Shown one piece after another: positions 54,607 through 63,656 of a stretch of 64,000 nt of DNA (within the stretch, counting starts at the first letter, position 1; every line of letters begins with the position of its first letter). The notes below the pieces were generated by a model that saw nothing but the letters and a program-made list of their open reading frames with translations, had not been told where the DNA came from and did no database searches. The position numbers and the translations under genes were made by a program. The stretch is taken from assembly GCA_037446725.1 (NCBI GenBank), contig JBBIIC010000004.1, forward strand, positions 156,514-220,513, in the 5' to 3' direction. This stretch comes from Actinomycetota bacterium (GTDB lineage Bacteria > Actinomycetota > Coriobacteriia > Anaerosomatales > SLCP01).

Positions 54607-54648
54607 TTCCCTTGCCGGCCTCACGGGACCGGTCTTAAAGGTCGTCCT
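54607..54648 (-). promoter_or_regulatory. PyrR-binding RNA hairpin (anti-antiterminator) of the pyr leader
   Basis: Minus-strand RNA GACCUUUAAGACCGGUCCCGUGAGGCCGGCAAGGGAA. It matches the conserved PyrR binding-loop pattern (CUUUAA...GUCC.G.GAGGC...AAGG) and its stem/internal-loop layout. Confidence 0.7.
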
Positions 54649-54708
54649 GAAGATAGCAGTACGGGGGAGCGATTCCAACCCTCAATCGCGCCGATCGCAT
54701 GCTGATGC

Positions 54709-55716
54709 CTATCCCGCCCCCTCCAGCATCCCGAATACCTCGTCACCGGCCGCGCTCCGGCCCATCGAATCCGGCTCGATCTCTCGAAGCACCTTCGCGA
54801 GGTCGGCCGGCAGCGGGTCTGCGAACGCGAGGCGCTCTCCGCTTATCGGGTGGTCGAGTTCGAGCCGGTACGCGTGCAGGAACTGCCTTGTGAGCCCCCG
54901 ATCGGCCCTGGGCTTGCGCTGCCCGTACGTCTGGTCGCCGACCACGGCGTGGTCGATGTAGGCCATGTGGACGCGGATCTGGTGGGTACGGCCCGTGTAG
55001 AGCTTGCACTCTGCGAGCGTGTAGCCGTCGTCGTGCGTGCCGGCCATGTAGCGCTCGAGCACGCGGAAGGTGGTGACCGACTGGCGTGCCGAGGTGGATT
55101 CGACGACCGCCATCCTCTTGCGGTCGCGGGGATCGCGGCCGAGCGGGGCGTCGATCAGCCCGCTGTCGGGTGCGATGTAGCCATGCACGAGCGCGAGGTA
55201 GCGACGGTCGATGGCGCGGATCTTGATCGCCTCGGAGAGCTCGGCCTGCGCACGGTCGTTCTTGGCGACCATCATGAGCCCGGTGGTGTCCTTGTCGAGC
55301 CGGTGGACGATGCCCGGGCGGTCCTCCCCCTGCAGCGAGCCGAGCTCGCGGGCGTGCGCAAGGAGCGCGTGCACGAGGGTGCCCGTCCAGTTGCCCTGCG
55401 CCGGATGGACGACGAGGTCGGCCTGCTTAGAGAGCACGATCATGTCGTCATCCTCGAAGCGGATGTCGAGCGGGATGTCCTCGGGCTCCAGGTCGTAGCC
55501 CTCAGGCGGCGGTATCTCGACCGAGACGAGCTCGCCGGCGCGCACGACGTGGCGCTTGGTGACGAGCTCTCCGTTCACGAGCACGAGGCCTGCATCGATG
55601 AGTCTCACCGCGGCGCTGCGTGATACGAGCTCTTCGGCATGACCCAGGAGCGTGTCGAGCCGTTGGCCCGCATCCTCACCACGCACGGTGAATTCGAAGT
55701 GCCGGGAGTCGCTCAC
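54709..55716 (-). CDS. rluD: RluA-family 23S rRNA pseudouridine synthase (RluD)
   Basis: S4-like N-terminus. Catalytic HRLDKDTTGLMMVAK. GRTHQIRVH. Confidence 0.9.
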   Translation of the reverse strand: MSDSRHFEFTVRGEDAGQRLDTLLGHAEELVSRSAAVRLIDAGLVLVNGELVTKRHVVRAGELVSVEIPPPEGYDLEPEDIPLDIRFEDDDMIVLSKQADLVVHPAQGNWTGTLVHALLAHARELGSLQGEDRPGIVHRLDKDTTGLMMVAKNDRAQAELSEAIKIRAIDRRYLALVHGYIAPDSGLIDAPLGRDPRDRKRMAVVESTSARQSVTTFRVLERYMAGTHDDGYTLAECKLYTGRTHQIRVHMAYIDHAVVGDQTYGQRKPRADRGLTRQFLHAYRLELDHPISGERLAFADPLPADLAKVLREIEPDSMGRSAAGDEVFGMLEGAG

Positions 55717-56336
55717 CGTGCGCCGTCCGGCATCTCGCCAGGCGGGTCGAGTGGGCCGTCGCTCACCGCCAGCACATCCGAGAGCCCGGCTTCCACCTTG
55801 CCCAGGTCCACCGCATCATCCTCAACCAGCTCAACCTCGTCATGATGCTCGATCGGGGCGAACAACGCCCACACGAACAGTCCGATCGCCCCGCCGACTA
55901 TGGCCATGTCCGCGATGTTGAAAATCGGGATGATCAGCGTGTCGAAGAAGTCGGTGACCCTGCCGGAAAGCGCGCGATCGATCAGGTTTCCGATCGCACC
56001 GCCGGAAACGAGCCCGAGAGAGAGAGCGAGCACGAGGCTGCGCGGCCGCGCGCGCCACCAGTACAGCCCGATGGCCACCAGGACGAGCAGCGATGTGAGG
56101 ATGAACAGGCCTCGTTGGCCGGGCATCAGGCCGAACGCAGCGCCCGTGTTGCGCACGTGCGTCAGGTAGAACCAGCCCTCGACGACCGGCAGGGACTGGC
56201 CAGGCTCGAGCGCGGCGCGAACCACCGCCTTCGTGATCTGGTCGAAGGTGATTGCGACGGCCGCCGTCACCAGGAGCAGCGCGCCCGGACGGCGCGCCTC
56301 TATCGCGATTCCTCTGCGGCCTTGCACGTTATGCAC
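55713..56336 (-). CDS. lspA: lipoprotein signal peptidase II
   Basis: GAIGNLIDRAL and IFNIADMAIVGG. The true start is probably downstream of 56336, since that start overlaps the dksA-like gene by 37 nt. Confidence 0.85.
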   Translation of the reverse strand: MHNVQGRRGIAIEARRPGALLLVTAAVAITFDQITKAVVRAALEPGQSLPVVEGWFYLTHVRNTGAAFGLMPGQRGLFILTSLLVLVAIGLYWWRARPRSLVLALSLGLVSGGAIGNLIDRALSGRVTDFFDTLIIPIFNIADMAIVGGAIGLFVWALFAPIEHHDEVELVEDDAVDLGKVEAGLSDVLAVSDGPLDPPGEMPDGAR

Positions 56337-56665
56337 ATCGTCGCAGTGGGCATCGCCTTGAGACGCTCCTCACCGATGGGGCCGCCGCAACGCTCGCAGA
56401 CGTCATAGGCCCCCTCATCGATGCGGACGAGCGCCTTGCGAACGGCAGCAAGTGCATCGCGCACGTTGTCCTCGAGGGTCATGTCGAGCTCCCGGCTGAA
56501 CGTGGCGGTTCCCTGGTCTGCCATGTGGTCGCGGTAGTTGTTCTCACCGCTCGCCTCGGAGAGAGCCTCGTGGCCCTCGAGCTCGATCTCGGCGACCTCG
56601 GCCTCGAGGCGTGTCAACTCGGCCTCGAGGAAGGTGTGAAGCATCTGCTCGGTCGTGCGGTCCAT
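56300..56665 (-). CDS. DksA/TraR-family C4 zinc-finger protein (YlyA-like position)
   Basis: ATG at 56665 (MDRTTEQ...). C-terminal CERCGGPIGEERLKAMPTATMCITC. The track ORF to 56827 overlaps the ileS end. Confidence 0.8.
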   Translation of the reverse strand: MDRTTEQMLHTFLEAELTRLEAEVAEIELEGHEALSEASGENNYRDHMADQGTATFSRELDMTLEDNVRDALAAVRKALVRIDEGAYDVCERCGGPIGEERLKAMPTATMCITCKAAEESR

Positions 56666-56801
56666 TCCGGTCTCACCTCGCGCCAACGGGTATCGGAAAG
56701 CGCCCGGACAGCCGGACGCTCGTTCATCTACCTTTGAGTATACCACCGAGGGGTCCGCCCGCATCATGCAAGCAGACCCCTCGGGACGTGGATCCTGTGC
56801 C

Positions 56802-59594
56802 TCAGGTGCCGGCGATGACCGCGGCACAGCGGGAGCAGAGCTCCGGATGCCCGGCTTCGACGCCTACCTCACGGTAGTTCCAGCATCGGGGGCACTTGCC
56901 GCCGGAGGCCGGTTCGATCGCGACCGAAAGCCCCTCGCCCCCGGCAAGCACGACGGTCGAGACGATCAGCATCTCGGCCATCGCCTCCGCTCCGCGCTCC
57001 TCGAGCACGTCGAGTACGGCTGCCGGCGCGGTGATGGCGACCGACGCCTCCTGGCTCTTGTTCACCACCTTGGCGTTCCGTGCGTCCTCGAGCGCTTTGG
57101 TGACGGTATCGCGGACCTCCAGGACGACCTGGTAGGCGTCCCTAAGGCGCGCGCCTTCTTCGACCGGGTATTCGACCCTCGGCCACCCCGCAAGCTGCAC
57201 GCTCTCGTGGCCATCGCGCAGTGCCTCGGGCATGAACTGCCAGACCTCTTCGGAGGTGAAGGTCAGGATGGGTGCGACGAGCCGCACGAGCGCCGTGAGC
57301 ACCTCGGCGATGACCGTCTGCGCGCTGCGGCGCAAGAGCGAATCCGGCGCATCGGAGTAGAGGCGGTCCTTCAGCACTTCGAGATAGAACGAGGAGAGGT
57401 CGACGACACAGTAGTCGAACACGGCCCGGTAGACCTGGTGGAACTTCCAGTCGTCGTAGGCCCGCGTGACGCGGTCGACCAGATCGGCGAGCGTGACGAG
57501 CGCGTACCGGTCGATCTCGGGCATCTGCTCCCAGGAGACCGCCATCTGCGGCTCGTAGTCGTAGAGATTGGAGAGGAGGAAGCGGAAGGTGTTGCGCATC
57601 CGCCGGTACGCCTCGCTCGTCCGGTCGAGGATCTCGTCGGAGATCGAGATGTCCTGGCTGTAGTCGGCGGCCGCCGCCCAGAGGCGGATGATGTCGGCGC
57701 CGGACTTCTCGATGACGTCGAGCGGGCTGATGACGTTGCCGAGCGACTTGCTCATCTTGCGGCCCTCGCCGTCGACGATGAAGCCGTGGGTTAGCACGCG
57801 CTCGTACGGCGCCGCGTCATACGCTCCTACCGAGGTGAGCAGCGCCGACTGGAACCAGCCGCGGTGCTGGTCACTACCTTCAAGATAAAGTTCAGCTGGA
57901 CGGTGCAGCTCATCGCGCGCGTCGAGCACGCTTGTGTGGCTGACGCCGCTCTCCCACCACACGTCAACGATGTCGTCTTCAGGTTTGAAGGTGCTGCCTC
58001 CGCACCGGTCGCACTCGAGATCATCGGGCAGGTACTCGGCCGGGTCCTTGGTGAACCACGCGTCGGCACCCTCGGTCTCGAAGAGCCGCACGACCGCGTC
58101 GAACGTCTCGGGCGTGGCCATGGTTTCGCCGCACGCCACGCAGGTGAAGACCGGAATCGGCACCCCCCACGCGCGCTGGCGTGAGATGCACCAGTCGGGG
58201 CGGTCGGCGACCATCGAACGGATGCGGTTGACCGACCAGCCCGGAATCCACTGAACGGTGTCGATTGCCGCGAGCGCACCCTCGCGAAGCGGCGTGCCCT
58301 GCGACACGGAGTCCATCGAGACGAACCACTGCTCGGTCGCGCGGAAGATGACCTTCTGCTTGCAGCGCCAGCAGTGCGGGTAAGAATGGCTCGTCTTTCC
58401 GGCGGAAAGCAGCGTGCCGGCCTCGGCGAGGAACTCGATGATCTTAGGGTTGGCTGCATCGACATGCAGGCCAGCGAACGGGCCGCCGCCCGCATCGAAC
58501 ACGCCGTAATCGTCCACGGGCATCGGAGAGGGCAGCCCGAACTTCCGGCCCACGAGCCAGTCCTCTTCACCATGGCCTGGGGCCGTGTGCACAGCACCGG
58601 TGCCGGTGGAAAGCTCGACATGCTCACCGGTGATGATGACGCCCTCGACGTCCGGGTGAATGGGCTGGCGGTAGCGCCGACCGGCAATCTCGCTGCCCTT
58701 CAGGCGTGCGGGCTGGCCGCTCTCGCCCATGACGTACTCGACGTTGTCCCAGCCGGCAACACCTGCGACGTGCTCGACGAGCTCCTCGGCGAAAACGAGC
58801 ACGCGGCCGCCTGTGACCATACCCACGTAGGAGGCGTCCTCGGCGAGCGTGACCGCGACGTTCGCCGGAAGCGTCCAGGGGGTGGTCGTCCAGATGAGCA
58901 CCGAGACCGGCAGGCCAGCGACCGCGAACTCCTCAGGCGGGTCGACGAAGTCGAAAGCGACGTAGATGGAGTTGGAGGTCTCGTCGCCGTACTCGATCTC
59001 GGCCTCGGCGAGTGCGGTCTTGCACCGCGTGCACCAGTGGATGGGCTTGGAGCCCTTGTAGATCATGCCGCGGCGGTAGAGCTCGGCGAAGATGCGGACG
59101 TTGCCGGCCTCGTACTCGGGACTGAGGGTGAGGTACGGGCGCTCGAAATCACCCCGCACGCCGAGGCGCTGGAACTCGGTGGTCTGCACGTCGACGAAAC
59201 GAAGCGCGTACTCGCGGCACTTGGCGCGCAGCTCGGCCTGCGTGATCTCGGCCATGCGCTCAGGGCCGAGGTTCTTCTCAACCTGATGCTCGATCGGCTG
59301 CCCGTGGCAGTCCCAGCCCGGGACGTAGGGCGAGTAGAAGCCGCGCATCGTCTTGTACTTGACGATGAGGTCCTTGAAGACCTTGTTGAAGGCGGTGCCC
59401 ATGTGGATGTGACCGTTGGCGTATGGAGGGCCGTCATGCAGGATGAACGGCGGCGCGTCCTTGGTGGCTTCGAGCGTCTTGCCGTAGACGTCGATCTTGT
59501 CCCAGAACTTCAGCCACTCGGGCTCGCGCGTCGCGAGGCTCGCGCGCATCGGGAACTCGGTCTGCGGCAGGTTCATGGTGCTCTTGTAGTCCAC
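56802..59594 (-). CDS. ileS: isoleucine-tRNA ligase
   Basis: GPPYANGHIHMGTA (HIGH), GRKMSKSLGNV (KMSKS), C-terminal zinc knuckle. The GTG at 59594 (VDYKSTMNLPQTEFPMRA) is preceded by GAGAGGA. The upstream track extension is actually the T-box leader. Confidence 0.95.
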   Translation of the reverse strand: MDYKSTMNLPQTEFPMRASLATREPEWLKFWDKIDVYGKTLEATKDAPPFILHDGPPYANGHIHMGTAFNKVFKDLIVKYKTMRGFYSPYVPGWDCHGQPIEHQVEKNLGPERMAEITQAELRAKCREYALRFVDVQTTEFQRLGVRGDFERPYLTLSPEYEAGNVRIFAELYRRGMIYKGSKPIHWCTRCKTALAEAEIEYGDETSNSIYVAFDFVDPPEEFAVAGLPVSVLIWTTTPWTLPANVAVTLAEDASYVGMVTGGRVLVFAEELVEHVAGVAGWDNVEYVMGESGQPARLKGSEIAGRRYRQPIHPDVEGVIITGEHVELSTGTGAVHTAPGHGEEDWLVGRKFGLPSPMPVDDYGVFDAGGGPFAGLHVDAANPKIIEFLAEAGTLLSAGKTSHSYPHCWRCKQKVIFRATEQWFVSMDSVSQGTPLREGALAAIDTVQWIPGWSVNRIRSMVADRPDWCISRQRAWGVPIPVFTCVACGETMATPETFDAVVRLFETEGADAWFTKDPAEYLPDDLECDRCGGSTFKPEDDIVDVWWESGVSHTSVLDARDELHRPAELYLEGSDQHRGWFQSALLTSVGAYDAAPYERVLTHGFIVDGEGRKMSKSLGNVISPLDVIEKSGADIIRLWAAAADYSQDISISDEILDRTSEAYRRMRNTFRFLLSNLYDYEPQMAVSWEQMPEIDRYALVTLADLVDRVTRAYDDWKFHQVYRAVFDYCVVDLSSFYLEVLKDRLYSDAPDSLLRRSAQTVIAEVLTALVRLVAPILTFTSEEVWQFMPEALRDGHESVQLAGWPRVEYPVEEGARLRDAYQVVLEVRDTVTKALEDARNAKVVNKSQEASVAITAPAAVLDVLEERGAEAMAEMLIVSTVVLAGGEGLSVAIEPASGGKCPRCWNYREVGVEAGHPELCSRCAAVIAGT

Positions 59595-59596
59595 GT

Positions 59597-59875
59597 CCGG
59601 TCCTCTCGTCGTGTCGGGAGACACACGCCGCCGGGCACAAAAAAGCGCGCCCGTCCCTCGCCGGGACGAAGCGCGCGACGCCGCTCCGCGGTACCACCCA
59701 GCTTGCACCGGGCCTGACCGGCCCGAACGCCACTCGGTCACCCAGTAACGGGGGCCTCCGTCGGAGCCTACTAGCGCGGCGTCTTCGAGCCGCTGCGTTC
59801 GGTCCGAGGCTGATAGGGTGATCTTCGGCCGAGGTCGTGCCCGCGGGCTCTCACTGTCCCCGCTCGCTCGTGGGC
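59597..59875 (-). promoter_or_regulatory. T-box riboswitch leader (Ile) controlling ileS
   Basis: Conserved T-box sequence AGCUGGGUGGUACCGCGG (plus-strand 59687-59699 = CGCGGTACCACCC). 5' GA/K-turn-like AGUGAGAG (about 59847-59862). Two AUCA (Ile codon + A) strings at 59812-59814 and 59820-59822. Terminator plus U-tract. Confidence 0.8.
59639..59676 (-). terminator. intrinsic terminator of the ileS T-box leader
   Basis: Minus-strand GCGCGCUUCGUCCC-GGCGA-GGGACGGGCGCGC followed by UUUUUU (plus-strand A6 at 59639-59644), immediately 3' of the T-box sequence. Confidence 0.7.
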
Positions 59876-59947
59876 AGATGCTCTCGCCTACTCGTCCCCG
59901 TCATCGCCGTTCGCCGTTGTTGCGCGGCATCACACCGCGTGCGTGCG

Positions 59948-59977
59948 ATGGTAGCGCACGGCCTCGCGCAGGGTCAA
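59948..59977 (-). promoter_or_regulatory. candidate promoter of the ileS leader
   Basis: Minus strand reads TTGACC-18 nt-TACCAT. Confidence 0.35.
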
Positions 59978-60010
59978 CGCGACGCAACCGGCAAAGTCTG
60001 CCGCAGATCG

Positions 60011-60295
60011 TCAGGACAGCAGCTCGTCGGGTGAGCCAGGCCGCTCGTGCACCTCGCGCTCCGAGATGCCCCTCACCTCGACCTGCTTGTGGCGCGACGC
60101 GTGGCCGCGCGCGACTGTCAGGGCCGACTTCGGCACGCCGAACGCCGATGTGAGCACGCGATACGCGGCCGCGTTCGCCTTCCCGCCCTCGGAAGGAGCG
60201 GTCACCCGTCCGGACACGTCACCCCCACGCCAGCCCAGTATCCCGTCGCGGGCCGACCTGGGGGTGACGTGTACCCCTATTCGCGCCGCGTCCAT
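60011..60295 (-). CDS. DUF167 (YggU-family) protein
   Basis: IGVHVTPRSARDGILGW..RVTAPSEGGKANAAAYRVL. Confidence 0.8.
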   Translation of the reverse strand: MDAARIGVHVTPRSARDGILGWRGGDVSGRVTAPSEGGKANAAAYRVLTSAFGVPKSALTVARGHASRHKQVEVRGISEREVHERPGSPDELLS

Positions 60296-60303
60296 GAACG
60301 GAC

Positions 60304-61260
60304 CTAATCGATCTCCTCGATGTCGATGTCGTCCTCACGCTCGCCGAGCGCGTCGAACGAGCCGACCTTGAACTCCTTCGGGGGCTCGATCTCGAGGTCG
60401 ATCGGCAGTTCGGGCGACTCGGTCTCGCCGAGCTGGACGCCGGTGACAAACCCGGGAGCAGGAACCTCGTCAACCGTCGGCATGGCCTGGGTGGCCCAGG
60501 CGTCCGCCGCCGGCTCGGGCTCCGGCTCGGGCACGGCGACAACCGGCTCGACGACCGGCTTGAGCACGGACTCTGCGACCAGCTCGGGCTCGGGAGCAGG
60601 AGCGGGGGTCTCCGGCTCGGCGGGTGCGGGCTCGGGTTCGGCCGGCGCGAGCACGTCGACCGGGATGAGGAAGTCGGAGGGCGGCTCAACGGCGGCAGCG
60701 GTCTCGGCGGCCGCACCCGCCTGCTCGAGTGCAGCGAGCGCCGACTCGGTAGCAACCTCAACGTCGGCGACCATGCCCGCCTCGGTCTTGCCAACGAGCA
60801 CATTCACGTCCTCGGGCAGGGGCACTTCGCGGATGGCGGCCTGATACTGCTCGAGGGTCTGGCGGAAATTCGTGCGGAACTCCTCTTCGGCCTGCTTGAT
60901 GCGGACGAGCTCACCGGTCGTGCGCTGCTTCTGTGTGAGCGCATCGTGGATGACTTCCTTCGCCTTGACCTCCGCATCGCGCAGGATGGTTGCGGCCTCC
61001 TCGCGTGCGGTCGCCACGATCTCCTCAGCGGAGCGCTGCGCCGCAACGAGAGTGTTGTGCAGCGTCGTCTCCATCTGCTGGTACGTGCGCACCTTCTCGC
61101 TGGCGGCCTCCATGCGCTCGGAGAGATCGATGTTCTCCTTGAACAGCCGCTCGAACTCGTCTGCGACGGCGTCGAGGAAGTCGTCGACCTCCTTGTCGTC
61201 ATATCCGCGAATCGAGCGGCGGAACTCCTTGTGATGGATGTCAAGCGGCGTCAACTTCAT
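60304..61260 (-). CDS. divIVA: DivIVA / Wag31 cell-pole and division protein
   Basis: MKLTPLDIHHKEFRRSIRGYDDKEVDDFLDAVADEFERL, then coiled coil and a low-complexity PAPE-rich C-terminus. Confidence 0.9.
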   Translation of the reverse strand: MKLTPLDIHHKEFRRSIRGYDDKEVDDFLDAVADEFERLFKENIDLSERMEAASEKVRTYQQMETTLHNTLVAAQRSAEEIVATAREEAATILRDAEVKAKEVIHDALTQKQRTTGELVRIKQAEEEFRTNFRQTLEQYQAAIREVPLPEDVNVLVGKTEAGMVADVEVATESALAALEQAGAAAETAAAVEPPSDFLIPVDVLAPAEPEPAPAEPETPAPAPEPELVAESVLKPVVEPVVAVPEPEPEPAADAWATQAMPTVDEVPAPGFVTGVQLGETESPELPIDLEIEPPKEFKVGSFDALGEREDDIDIEEID

Positions 61261-61275
61261 GGTGACGACCCCTCC

Positions 61276-61563
61276 CTAGAGACCCGTCATGCTTATCAGA
61301 GCGATGAGTGCCGGTTGAATCAAGTAGCGTAGCACGAGCAGCGCTATGAGCGGCGAGAAGTCCACCCCCGCCCCCCCCACGCCCGCGACCGGCACGATGC
61401 GCCGGAAGATGCCGATGTATGGCTCGCACACGCTGGCGAGCACGCTATAGATGTCGGTCAGGATCCCTCCCCGGCCGACGGGGAACCAGGAGAGGATGAC
61501 ATAGACGAGGATAAGCAGCGAGTAGAATCCGAGAATCCGCGAGACGATGTCTGCCAGCGTCAC
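61276..61563 (-). CDS. YggT-family membrane protein
   Basis: 95 aa. LILVYVILSWFP..IYSVLASVCEPYIGIFRRIVP..DFSPLIALLVL. Confidence 0.85.
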   Translation of the reverse strand: MTLADIVSRILGFYSLLILVYVILSWFPVGRGGILTDIYSVLASVCEPYIGIFRRIVPVAGVGGAGVDFSPLIALLVLRYLIQPALIALISMTGL

Positions 61564-62384
61564 GTACCCAACTCCTTCGCGCGCGCGACCGCCGCGGACA
61601 CGGCGGCGGCGAACGCCGCACGCAACCCGCCGGCCTCGAGCGCCTCGATTGCCGCGATCGTCGTGCCGCCCGGGCTGGCGACGGCGTCGATGACCTGTTC
61701 CGGATGTTGGCCTGTTCGATCGATGAGCGCAGCCGTGCCCGAAACCGTCTGCAGGGCGAGGTCTTCGGCCACCTGGCGGGGAAGACCGTGGCGAACGCCG
61801 GCGCTCGCAAGCGCGTCGACCACGAGTGCGACATAGGCCGGACCCGAGCCTGATATGGCGGTGGCGGCGTCCTGATAGCGCTCATCAAGCACGATCGCCT
61901 TCCCGAGCGAGGAGAACAGCTCGCGCACGAGGTCGACCTGCTCGTCGGTGGCTTCGCTTCCGCCGCTGATCACGCTCATGCCTTCGTGCACGAGCGCGGG
62001 GGTGTTCGGCATGACGCGAACGACCGCCGTACCCGACGGCAGGTGAGATTCCAGCCGCGCGCATGAGATGCCCGCGGCGATGGAAATCACGAGTGCATCA
62101 CCGAGCTCGCCCGCGATCGAGGTCGCTACCTCGTCGATGACCTGGGGTTTGACCGCCAGCAGCACGATGTTCGCGCCGTAGGCCGCCCGTGCGGCGTCGT
62201 GAACGCATCGCACTCCGTGCGCGGCGGCGAGCTCCTCGCGGCGCGTCGCGTCCGGCTCGGCGATCAGAATCGAATCGGCGGCGAGGGTGCCCGACGAGAT
62301 CAGGCCGCCCGCGATGGCCTCCCCCATGCGGCCGCCGCCGATTATCGCAAGTTCGCCTTCGATGCGCAGGTGTCCGAGGGTCAA
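61560..62384 (-). CDS. proC: pyrroline-5-carboxylate reductase
   Basis: IIGGGRMGEAIAGGL, VRVMPNTPALV, SPGGTTIAAIEALE. Confidence 0.9.
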   Translation of the reverse strand: MTLGHLRIEGELAIIGGGRMGEAIAGGLISSGTLAADSILIAEPDATRREELAAAHGVRCVHDAARAAYGANIVLLAVKPQVIDEVATSIAGELGDALVISIAAGISCARLESHLPSGTAVVRVMPNTPALVHEGMSVISGGSEATDEQVDLVRELFSSLGKAIVLDERYQDAATAISGSGPAYVALVVDALASAGVRHGLPRQVAEDLALQTVSGTAALIDRTGQHPEQVIDAVASPGGTTIAAIEALEAGGLRAAFAAAVSAAVARAKELGT

Positions 62385-62387
62385 CGT

Positions 62388-62948
62388 CTACTCCAGGTTG
62401 AAAAGGCCCTTGTCACGCAGCCGGCGGCGGTCCTCGGCGGACACGTCGACGTTGGCCGGCGTGAGCATGAAGACCTTGTCGGAGACCTTCTGCATACCGC
62501 CGTCGAGCCCGTACGTGAGCCCGCTGGCGAAGTCGATGAGTCGCTTGGAGAGGTCGGGCTGCGTCATCGTCAGGTTCATGATGACCGGGATCCCCGACTT
62601 GAACCGGTCGGCGATCGACTGCGCCTCCGCGAAGGTCCTGGGCTCGCTGATGTGCACCTTGACCTGGGGCGTCATCGACGAGACGTTGCTGCCCGCCGGC
62701 ACTGAACGGAGCGGCGCCGGGTGGCGGGGACGCTCGGCCCCCTCACGGTCGACGCGGCGCACATGCCTGGTGCTCTCGGTCGAGTACGGCGATTCGTACG
62801 ACGCGACACTGCGTCCGAAGAAGCCGTCGGAGCTCCTCGGCTCCGGCGCGTCATCGTACTCGTCGTCGTCATCGTACTCGTCGTCGTAGTCCTCGTCCCA
62901 GTCGTCACCGAGACCGAGACGCGCCTTGATGTTCTGAAACAGGCCCAC
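62388..62948 (-). CDS. sepF: cell division protein SepF
   Basis: MGLFQNIKARLGL, acidic linker, and core PRTFAEAQSIADRFKSGIPVIMNL..RLIDFASGLTYGLDGGMQKVSDKVFMLTP. Confidence 0.9.
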   Translation of the reverse strand: MGLFQNIKARLGLGDDWDEDYDDEYDDDDEYDDAPEPRSSDGFFGRSVASYESPYSTESTRHVRRVDREGAERPRHPAPLRSVPAGSNVSSMTPQVKVHISEPRTFAEAQSIADRFKSGIPVIMNLTMTQPDLSKRLIDFASGLTYGLDGGMQKVSDKVFMLTPANVDVSAEDRRRLRDKGLFNLE

Positions 62949-62971
62949 GCGAGCCTCCCTGCGAACGCGAT

Positions 62972-63649
62972 CTACCCGCCGAAGAGAGCTCTCCCTATGC
63001 GGACGATCGTCGCGCCCTCTTCCACAGCCACGCGAAAATCACCCGACATGCCCATCGAGAGATGGTCTAACTCTACCCTATCCGGCAGCGTTGCGCGCAG
63101 GGAATCGCGCACCTCCCGAAGCTCCCGGAAGACCCACCGCACGTCTTCCGCACGCGCCAGAGGAGCCATCGTCATCAGGCCGCGAATCTCGACCGAGTCC
63201 ATTCCCACGGCCTCGCGTATGAGGTCCGACAGATCGTCCGGCGCCAGACCGTGTTTGCTCCCCTCGCCCGAGATGTTGACCTGCAGCAACACCGGCTGGA
63301 TGACACCCCGCTCCGCGGCGCGCTTCTCGATGCGAGAGAGCAGCTTGGAGGAGTTCACCGAGTGGATCAGGTGCGCCTTGCCGACGACGTCCTTGACCTT
63401 GTTGGTCTGAAGCGTGCCGATGAAGTGCCAGCGTGCCTCGGGGAACAGACCGTACTTGCCTTCAAACTCCTGAACGCGGTTCTCGCCGAAGTCGCGCATG
63501 CCGGCCGCGATCGCGGCCTTGACCTCCTCGACCCCGACCGTCTTCGTCACGCCGACGATGGTGATGTCGTCCGGGTTGCGTCCGCAGGCGTCCGCAGCAT
63601 CCGCCACCTGCCGGCAGACCGCTTCGTATCGCACTGCGACCGACGACAT
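62972..63649 (-). CDS. yggS: YggS-family pyridoxal-phosphate homeostasis protein
   Basis: IVGVTKTV (PLP lysine), HFIGTLQTNKVK, LSMGMSGDF, VRIGRALFG. Confidence 0.9.
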   Translation of the reverse strand: MSSVAVRYEAVCRQVADAADACGRNPDDITIVGVTKTVGVEEVKAAIAAGMRDFGENRVQEFEGKYGLFPEARWHFIGTLQTNKVKDVVGKAHLIHSVNSSKLLSRIEKRAAERGVIQPVLLQVNISGEGSKHGLAPDDLSDLIREAVGMDSVEIRGLMTMAPLARAEDVRWVFRELREVRDSLRATLPDRVELDHLSMGMSGDFRVAVEEGATIVRIGRALFGG

Positions 63650-63656
63650 CTGGGTG

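Noticed and set aside
56746-56784. 10 bp inverted repeat CCGAGGGGTC...GACCCCTCGG, 17 nt after the ileS stop, considered as a terminator
   Set aside because: The 19 nt loop is long and there is no U-tract. It abuts a TGGTATACT extended -10-like box for the dksA-like gene, so its role (terminator, processing site or nothing) cannot be decided from sequence.
62830-62900. Short tandem GTCGTC/GTACTC repeats (also the CCGGCTCGGG-type repeats at 60480-60660), considered as a possible repeat array
   Set aside because: They are in-frame low-complexity coding sequence: the acidic DDEYDD linker of SepF and the PAPE-rich tail of DivIVA. They are not spacer-repeat structures.
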